Assembly: GCA_951406725.2 (NCBI GenBank)
Contig: OX597819.1
Span: forward strand, 92,504,001-92,568,000
Reading direction: 5' to 3'
Length of the DNA: 64,000 nucleotides
Source: Octopus vulgaris
Taxonomy: Eukaryota
Of this stretch, positions 55,530 to 64,000 are shown piece by piece. The notes under the pieces are model-generated. The model saw only the letters and a list, made by a program, of their open reading frames with translations. It was not told the origin of the DNA and did not search any database. Position 1 is the stretch's first letter. The number at the start of each line of letters is the position of its first letter. Made by a program: the position numbers and the translations under genes.

Positions 55530-56560
55530 TTACGCAGCATAGACGAAACAATTCTTGCAACGTTACGTCTCCGGTTGAACAGCTTTCATTAGTTCGTACC
55601 ATGGAGCATCCACTTTTGCTCTAACGATGCAGCAATCAGGATTCGTGTTGAAGAAATAAATGGTCGCGTGTCAGTTTTCCACAAGCGCGTCGGCCACGGT
55701 GTCATTTCTGAGCAGCTCTGGCTGGTTTCTCAGTATGTCCCACTCTAGTCAAGTTTTTCTCTAGGGTTATTGCTTTACTAAACATCACTGATTCTATAAT
55801 TTACTTTTACAAGGTGAACCACCATTTGTTGTTAAAAATGTCCCCAGTCAAATCCGGCTTAACTGATTCAGTATTCAGTTTTCTTTTGTAAGCTTGAAAC
55901 GTTCGGCTTCTAGTAACCGTGTCTCTGATTGTGAAGCCTATGTACACATCATTAGTTTGTGGTTTGTATAAACAGCTACCTTGAATTGCGAGCAACCTAA
56001 GCTACCTCTATATGCTGGCTTACTCGAGACACGAACTATACAAATCGATGGCGTTTGTCAATACTCCATCAACACATTCAGGAAATCTTGTCGGTACGTG
56101 TCGGACAGTTGGAAACATATGATCAGGTTTGTATCCTTTCTCCTATCAGTAAATTTAATACAGTCCAAATGCTTACCCAAAATAGTGTTCCAGTCACCCA
56201 CTAGTAATAAAAAGCGGGACATATTTAGGAAGATTTCTAGACAGCATGAAGAGTCCTGGCCACCCCACCCGTATTATAGTGTAGACGGTTACTAGTCTAA
56301 TGACAGGCCCTTCGCTGCTAGGCGTGTCCAATAATTTCTAGGTCAAAATATTAATCCGGTACGAATTTTTGCAAAATAATGCGGCAATTGCAACTCCCGA
56401 TACCGGCTGATATTGAGACGTGTATCCCTCGTTGTCACTGAAGCTCGTGCCTCGAAATTTGTCGTTGCATTGATGGTCACCTAATATATATCATGAAAAC
56501 TATGGTCGTTGAGGAGATACCCCAGCTTCCAACACGATCCTAAAACATGTATATTCTCTT
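55530..56560 (-). mobile_element. Decayed L1/Tx1-like LINE, APE endonuclease region
   Basis: Minus strand NIHVLGSCWKLGYLLND, RLVTVY, LEIFLNMSRFLLLVGDWNTIL (GDxN motif), later NNKWW. Confidence 0.6.
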
Positions 56561-56729
56561 TAGTTATTTGAAGTTGCTGAGCATATATGTAGTTGTACAA
56601 CGTTTTCTAGTAGGATGTAGTCATCGAGTGTAATATTCGTGTATTAATGCAAATGGTTAATGAATGGTGGCTTGTAACTACGGCAAGGTAGTTAATGATT
56701 CCTCATTTTTATAGCTTTGGTATGTTCTG

Positions 56730-56965
56730 ACTCAAGGCGGCGAGCTGGTAGAATCGTTAGCACGTCGGGCGAGGTGCTTAGCGGTATTTCGTCTGCCGTT
56801 ACATTCTGAGTTCAAATTCTGCCGCGGTCGACTTTGCCTTTCATCCTTTCGGGTCGATAAATAAAGTACCCGTTAGGCACTGGAGTCGATGTAATGGACT
56901 TAATACCTTTGTCTGTCCTTGTTTGTCCCCTCTATGTTTAGCCCCTTGTGAGTAATAAAGAAATA
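56730..56965 (+). mobile_element. SINE family A, full length, 11-bp TSD
   Basis: ggtatgttctg at 56719-56729 and 56966-56976. Confidence 0.92.
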
Positions 56966-57446
56966 GGTATGTTCTGCTTCCTTGAGTAAGTGTGGACTTG
57001 GTTGCTGTTGCTGCTATTGTAATAAATGCTTCTGTTACTGATATTAGTGTTTGATACGGTGGTGGTACTGTGCATTGAGATTATTTTTGTCTAAGAGCAA
57101 GTTTCCACTTCCAAATTACCCCTTTTCCATTTTGCAGACGACGCAACAAAGAGGAAAATATGGAATATATTTTGAAATATTGGTTTAGTTGAGATTATTG
57201 TTCCGAAGTTGGCCCGGGGATGAATAACGGAAGGTAGTCGACTATTCCATCACAATTCTGGTCAACTCAACAAGATCAAATAATAATATTAACATATATG
57301 ACCCAATGGAAAGGAAAGAAAAACATGTTCGGCTATAGCAATGAGCAACAAGATCAGCAACAATTTTAAAAGAAATAAAAATAATATTAATAATTGTAGG
57401 AAGCAAAAAGAACGACAACAAAAGAAAGAGTCGAAATTCCTATTTT

Positions 57447-57625
57447 GGCGTAGGAGTAGCGGTGTGGTAAGTAGCTTGCTTACCAACCACATGGTGCCGG
57501 GTTCATTCCCACTGTGTGGCACCTTGGGCAAGTGTCTTCTACTATAGCCTCGGGCCGACCAAAGCCTTGTGAGTGGATTTGGTAGACGGAAACTGAAAGA
57601 AGCCCGTCGTATATATGTATATATA

Positions 57626-57706
<81 letters not shown>

Positions 57707-57893
57707 GTGTATCTGCGTTTGTCCCTCCAACATCGCTTGACAACCGATGCTGGTGTGTTTACGTCCCCGTAACTTAGCGTAATAAGTACTAGGCTTCCGA
57801 AGAATAAATCCTGGAGTCGATTTGCTCGACTAAAGGCGGTGCTGCAGCATGGCCACAGTCAAATGACTGAAACAAGTAAAGGAGTAAAGAGTA
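57447..57893 (+). mobile_element. SINE family C, full length, with internal (TA)n(TG)n
   Basis: tRNA-like head (gtgtggtaag ... ggttcattcc), ccttgggcaagtgtctt core, tail ending in gagtaaa-type repeats. Confidence 0.9.
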
Positions 57894-58297
57894 AATAGTA
57901 TATATTTTGCTTTGTTTTTATTTCTTAACTTTCCTTCAGTTTCACTTCCTTCTCTATCTTCCGTGTTTATTTTGCGTTTTACTTTTTCCACATATTTCCC
58001 ATTCTTTTGCCAACAGATTTCAGCTTCAAGTTCAAAGGCTTAACACTAAAATAAATTATAATTAGGTGTGGTTTCTAAAAAGTAAGTTCACTAGTTAGCA
58101 TCTTAGTATAATCTCAGTGCATACATGTCAGTTAACAACGATGTACCTATCTATTATTTTCAATATATCTATTTATATATCTATTTTTTATCCATACACA
58201 CACATACACAAACACGCACATACACACGCACACATACACACATGCACTTTTTCTAGATATAATTGCACAGTAAGCACCAGTATGTTCATTTGCTCAG

Positions 58298-58353
<56 letters not shown>

Positions 58354-58384
58354 TATATATGTGTGTGTGTGTGTATGTGTATGT

Positions 58385-58878
58385 ATCACCGTGATCACCG
58401 TGACCGACCAGGCTATCAGATGTTACTACACATCGCTGGTCACAATGCGCTTCGCATCGTTTTAGCCTTCAAATAACGCCACCCCTCTGGCTAAGCATGC
58501 AGGTCAACAGAAGAAAGAGTGAGACAAAGTTGTGGCAAAAGACTACAGCAGGGATCGAAACCACTCCCTGTCGGAGTCTTGTGGAGCTTTAGGTGTTTTC
58601 TTTAGGTGTTTTCGCACAAGTCCGGGCAAGGTTGTTTGTGGAAGACCAGCAGTCGCCCATGCATACCGGCCTCCCCTCTCCACGCCACCAGTGTTATCCA
58701 AGGGCTGATACAGCTTGGCACCAGTGACGTCGCAACTCATTTCTACAGCTGTGTGAACTGGAGCAAGGTGAGATAAAGTGTCTTGCTCAAGAACACAACA
58801 CGCAGCCCTTTCCGAGATTCGAGCTCACAACCTCACGATCGTAAGCTCGACGCTCTATCCACTGAGCCATGCGCCTTC
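58385..58878 (-). mobile_element. SINE family B head and body fused to tail D
   Basis: 58615-58878 matches family B; 58385-58505 matches the solo tail-D copies at 61639 and 63882. Confidence 0.88.
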
Positions 58879-58911
58879 ACATGTTATTTATATATATATA
58901 AACATATATAA

Positions 58912-58948
<37 letters not shown>

Positions 58949-59060
58949 ATATTTCGAATAATATATATATATAGTTTAGCCAATAAAAACACACCACTAT
59001 ATATTTGGTGTTATTTTGCTTCAGTGATATTTATTTTTACATTAATCTTAATCTTATTTC

Positions 59061-59105
59061 GGCCAAAGTTCTTTCGTCACACTCCTGTGACCGCATCAGT
59101 GGTCC
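59061..59105 (-). ncRNA. Variant type I hammerhead-like fold (left-arm mirror copy)
   Basis: Exact reverse complement of 60796-60840. Confidence 0.5.
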
Positions 59106-59613
59106 TTTGTTTTCTTCTCACTTACTTGTGTCTCTCCTTACTAACCGTCAGCCATTTTGTATTTCTATTGTATGTCTTCATTTGCGCATGCTTATATCTC
59201 TATGTGCGTCTATGTTTATTTAGTGTGTGTGTGGGGGGGATGCCTGTAATATTTGTATCTTCTGGTTATATACATTCTTGTAATTTGTATTTTGTTTTTG
59301 TTGTTGTTGCTTTTGTTCTAATTTTGTTCATGTGTTTACATCCACCCATTATTATCATTACATATGCTTGTATGTATGTATAACAACAATATTAGTAATA
59401 ATAATAATAAATCTAATCGAGAAAAAAAAAAAGAATATACATATACATATATATATATACATACATATACATATACATATATATATATACATATATACAC
59501 ACATATATACACATATACATATACATATATATACACATATACATATATATAGATATTCATTTCTATTTCTTTAATTACCTGTGTATTTATTATGTTTGCA
59601 GGATCCACTATTG

Positions 59614-59950
59614 TCATATGTTGTGGTGTGCGCTATTGCTCCATTCTAGTTTTCTATTCAGGCTAGGTTTATTTTCTATTATATGTGTAGCTTCTGTAAT
59701 TTGTCTAATTGTTGCATCTGTTCTATGTGTGGACAATATCTTAATCTCTATGTTATTGATTGATCCCCCGTGTTCTTGTTCGGCGTGTTGGTACAGAATC
59801 GATGAGCTTTTACCTTCCTTGAGTTGTCTCCAATGTTCATTCACCCGCTCACCAATGCTTCTTGCAGTTTCCCCTACGTATGTTACTGTCTTGTTACTGC
59901 ATCGTCCCTCTATACATCTTATACTATAGACCACATTTCTGGCTTTACAG
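59614..59950 (-). CDS. Penelope-type GIY-YIG endonuclease domain (partial, left arm)
   Basis: [12 protein letters not shown]...C...YVGET.R....R..EH...EA..I....PSLN; identical to the right arm. Confidence 0.85.
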
Positions 59951-60289
59951 AACTGTAAAGCCAGAAATGTGGTCTATAGTATAAGATGTATAGAGGGACG
60001 ATGCAGTAACAAGACAGTAACATACGTAGGGGAAACTGCAAGAAGCATTGGTGAGCGGGTGAATGAACATTGGAGACAACTCAAGGAAGGTAAAAGCTCA
60101 TCGATTCTGTACCAACACGCCGAACAAGAACACGGGGGATCAATCAATAACATAGAGATTAAGATATTGTCCACACATAGAACAGATGCAACAATTAGAC
60201 AAATTACAGAAGCTACACATATAATAGAAAATAAACCTAGCCTGAATAGAAAACTAGAATGGAGCAATAGCGCACACCACAACATATGA
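59951..60289 (+). CDS. Penelope-type GIY-YIG endonuclease domain (partial, right arm)
   Basis: [40 protein letters not shown]...[17 protein letters not shown]: VVY/YVG motif with flanking Cys and conserved R, H, E, N. Confidence 0.85.
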   Translation, partial: NCKARNVVYSIRCIEGRCSNKTVTYVGETARSIGERVNEHWRQLKEGKSSSILYQHAEQEHGGSINNIEIKILSTHRTDATIRQITEATHIIENKPSLNRKLEWSNSAHHNI

Positions 60290-60795
60290 CAATAGTGGAT
60301 CCTGCAAACATAATAAATACACAGGTAATTAAAGAAATAGAAATGAATATCTATATATATGTATATGTGTATATATATGTATATGTATATGTGTATATAT
60401 GTGTGTATATATGTATATATATATATATGTATATGTATATGTATGTATATATATATATATGTATATTCTTTTTTTTTTTTCTCGATTAGATTTATTATTA
60501 TTATTACTAATATTGTTGTTATACATACATACAAGCATATGTAATGATAATAATGGGTGGATGTAAACACATGAACAAAATTAGAACAAAAGCAACAACA
60601 ACAAAAACAAAATACAAATTACAAGAATGTATATAACCAGAAGATACAAATATTACAGGCATCCCCCCCCACACACACTAAATAAACATAGACGCACATA
60701 GAGATATAAGCATGCGCAAATGAAGACATACAATAGAAATACAAAATGGCTGACGGTTAGTAAGGAGAGACACAAGTAAGTGAGAAGAAAACAAA

Positions 60796-60840
60796 GGACC
60801 ACTGATGCGGTCACAGGAGTGTGACGAAAGAACTTTGGCC
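60796..60840 (+). ncRNA. Variant type I hammerhead-like fold in the PLE 3' region
   Basis: GGaCCA-CUGAUGC-G-GUCACA-ggag-UGUGAC-GAAA-G-aa-C-U-U-UGGCC; 6-bp stem II, stem I with one bulge, 2-bp stem III; core has A9->C. Confidence 0.5.
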
Positions 60841-61523
60841 GAAATAAGATTAAGATTAATGTAAAAAATAAATATCACTGAAGCAAAATAACACCAAATA
60901 TATAGTGCGTGTGTTTTTATTGGCTAAACTGGCAATATGACCATTCCGAAATATAACAATATCTGTTTCAACACACGACTTCACATAAAAAATCTTGCAC
61001 AACAAATATTTAAACGTATATATATATATATATATATATATTGAACTACGAACAGGTGTAGTGAACAACAATGATGTCGAGTACTTAATGAAGGCGTTTT
61101 CTTTAAGCGCTTATTAATTGCAGTATTTCGTCCAGAGGAAGTCTACTTGATCGAACATTTAATTTGGGTTTTACTTTGTGGCGCTGCGACATATCAGCAG
61201 ATAGATTTTACACTATTTGAGTATATACATTAGACCTGCGATTTAAATTCGTTTCGAAGGTTACTCGAGTATGTAGTACCGATGAGCTTGCACATAGTAA
61301 TATAGCGATATCCACTCCTCTCGATTTGCCCGGACATGAAGTTTCCAGTCATTTCTAACAATCGGCGCCTTCAAAGGACATTCTATGAACGAATTACTGC
61401 AGCTATTAGCCGTTTAAAGTAAACACATTCGTTAAGTATATCACGTCAATAATGTATATATATATATACATAGCCGCAGCAAAAATATTTAGAATCGAAT
61501 ATATATATATAAATATATTAATA

Positions 61524-62220
61524 TCAGGGTAATTTTGATGGTCCAAATGATGATTTTAACTCTTACTTCGAGCGGGTAGACACTTCAATCTGCCCTTTGA
61601 TTAATATAATTTTGATTTTGTAGCTATATAACGCTTATGGCCTGCTCGCTTAGCCAGCGGGGTGGCGTCATTCGAAGGCTAAAACAATGCGAACGCATTG
61701 TGACCAGCGCTGTGTAACAACATCTGATGGTCTGGTCGGTCACATGGTCACGTGATAACGCTTATTTAAGCCTGCAACCACCTCTATTAATATTGTTATT
61801 AAGGACTATTTATATTGATTTCGATTATAATAACAGTATTAATATTCTATATAAATAATCGATTGTAAATATAGTTGCTGCTGTTTAGTACTTTCAGTCT
61901 GAGGATATCCACATGTTGGCGCTAAGCAATTGTGTCAGCAGATTTCAACGTTGTAGACTGGGAAGACGTTTCTAAGGTTTAGGATGTGCTGAGGAAAGTA
62001 AGAACTCAGTGTCAAACCAGAAACCGGTCCACTTATATACCTGTTCCATTAAATATATAGCTTTGTACTATAATGGTATGTGAGAGATCATTTTTCGGTT
62101 CGCTTGCCCGTATACTGTTTGTTCAGCTATTTTCAGTGTAATTTTGGGTTGTCCAAATGAGGATTTTAACTCCTATTTCTAGCGGGTCATCACTTCAATG
62201 TGTCCTTTGATTAAGATATA
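61524..62220 (+). repeat. Diverged ~85-bp direct repeat (61524-61608 and 62133-62220)
   Basis: gtaattttg..gtccaaatga.gattttaactc.ta.ttc.agcgggt...cacttcaat.tg.cctttgattaa in both copies. Confidence 0.85.
61639..61754 (+). mobile_element. Solo tail-D retroposon fragment with 11-bp TSD
   Basis: ataacgcttat at 61628-61638 and 61755-61765; matches 58385-58505 and 63882-64000. Confidence 0.88.
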
Positions 62221-62255
62221 TATATATACATACATAAAGAGAGAAAGAGAGAGAC

Positions 62256-62357
<102 letters not shown>

Positions 62358-63778
62358 ACTGATATTGATCGATATATATATACATAAACAGGCGTATAGT
62401 TTTTCATGTTTATGCATATATAGAAACATTTTAACATTGAAGGACGACTCAAAATCATCCGACTACATATATATATATATGTGCGTATGTTTGTATATAT
62501 ATATATGTGTATGTGAGTGAGTATATGTGTGTGTGTCTGTGTGTGTATATATGCTATATACATGTGCATTTGATTATGTAAGTATGCGCTTATGGTTGCA
62601 TGCGTCTTTGTTTCATGCTTCCATTATTTCCATCTATGTAATTGTTTGGAGTAATTATCAACCAAATATTTCAGTCACCTGCTCATATGTATACTTTAAA
62701 ATGCATATAAATATGCAGAACTATTATTCCCACATGCATTAAAACTGAATCCACTTAAAATTCGTATGTTCACTTAACATTGGATCATGAGGTATTTTTA
62801 TAAAAAAAGCCTTAAAAATGGACAACTAATTTTCCCGTTAACTCAGCATAAACACGCGCTGCATTAAAGAAAATTGCTTGAAATTGAACGCCATCTCTAC
62901 ATAATGTGAAAGCTTTCATTAGTTTTAATGTTGAGAACAGGTTATAAAAAAAATACCAGAAATAGTTACCTTCTCGTTCATTACCTCTGATGTCATGGTA
63001 CTTTCTGCAGGAAATACTGCCATTTCTCTCTGTGATTATACATTCAAAATTAAGATCATTCCATACACCTCATTATCTGTTTAAAAAATGAGTATAAATG
63101 AAGAACATGGGGAAAATAATACAAAATCGGTGAGAGAAAACTTTTCAATTGAATCATAATATCGAGTTTGGTTAGTTATTAGATATGTGACACCTTTGTA
63201 AAGACATGATATCTCATTTCTTATTTATTATTTCATTTATTTAATTATCATCTTATATATCTAGTATTGTAATTTCAGATTACATTTTTAAAACATTACC
63301 TATAAAATGTTAATAATGATATGAAACATCTGCTTGTGATTTTCTCTTGCGTCAGAAGATTTGACTCGATACTGGCGTAGAATTTTCTCAAAGGTTTGAC
63401 ATTAATTAATAGCTTTAGTGTATGGTGAATCTCATGATTAAAAGACGTTTAATGCCCAACCACAAAGAGAATGATCAACAAAGATTGCAAATTAATGAAA
63501 CTAGGAATTATTTATGTGTTATGTTTATGTTAAACAATAGCACCTTGTATTTTAGAAGCTCGGCTAAATAGATTCATTGTCTTTGAAATTGAGCATCAGT
63601 TAGAAATCCACTAAATGTGTTTTCTCAAGACCCACTCACGCAGACGTTTTTGGTTTGTTTCTAATTAAAATACAGTTCCTAGGAATACATATAGTTAGTA
63701 GCCTACTCTGGGGGACATTTAGAAGTGGATGCTACTGTTGTTGATGCCTATATCAATACATACATACATGTATATATT

Positions 63779-64000
<222 letters not shown>

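Larger units (their letters stand above)
58973..61015. mobile_element. Penelope-like element insertion: two head-to-head 3' ends forming a ~1.96-kb palindrome
   Basis: 58973-59950 is the reverse complement of 59953-60930; GIY-YIG ORF and hammerhead-like motif in each arm; (TA)n flanks; the right arm runs ~85 bp further. Confidence 0.9.

Noticed and set aside
57121-57240. Strong splice acceptor ccttttccattttgcag with a possible donor
   Set aside because: All three frames hit stops and the donor is weak; a coding exon cannot be supported.
59618-60570. Hydrophobic ORFs 59618-59929(+) and 59974-60570(-)
   Set aside because: They are antisense shadows of the GIY-YIG ORFs, duplicated by the palindrome.

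Overview
AT-rich (roughly one-third GC by eye), microsatellite-saturated animal DNA with no convincing host protein-coding gene, so intergenic DNA or a large intron. The SINE repertoire resembles octopus/coleoid cephalopod families; this is recollection, not a database result. Almost all recognisable structure comes from transposable elements. (1) About 30 copies of three tRNA-derived SINE families (here A, B, C), with exchangeable 3' tails, several target-site duplications (TSDs) and one SINE nested in another. (2) A stack of four same-orientation R4/Dong-type RLE retrotransposon 3' ends separated by trinucleotide microsatellites (10.7-13.8 kb), plus an old Dong RT interrupted by a pogo-like MITE and a 5'-truncated CR1-like LINE. 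(3) Decayed mariner, maT (DD37D), hAT, RTE and L1/Tx1 remnants and several MITE/fold-back elements. (4) Several Penelope-like (PLE) remnants. The most striking is a ~1.96 kb near-perfect palindrome (58973-60930, 2-nt loop) of two head-to-head GIY-YIG-encoding 3' ends, each with a variant hammerhead-ribozyme fold. Further minimal type I hammerhead motifs lie at ~4.1 kb and ~33 kb. Most ORFs in the supplied track are microsatellite artefacts. All homologies were read by eye and boundaries of decayed elements are approximate.
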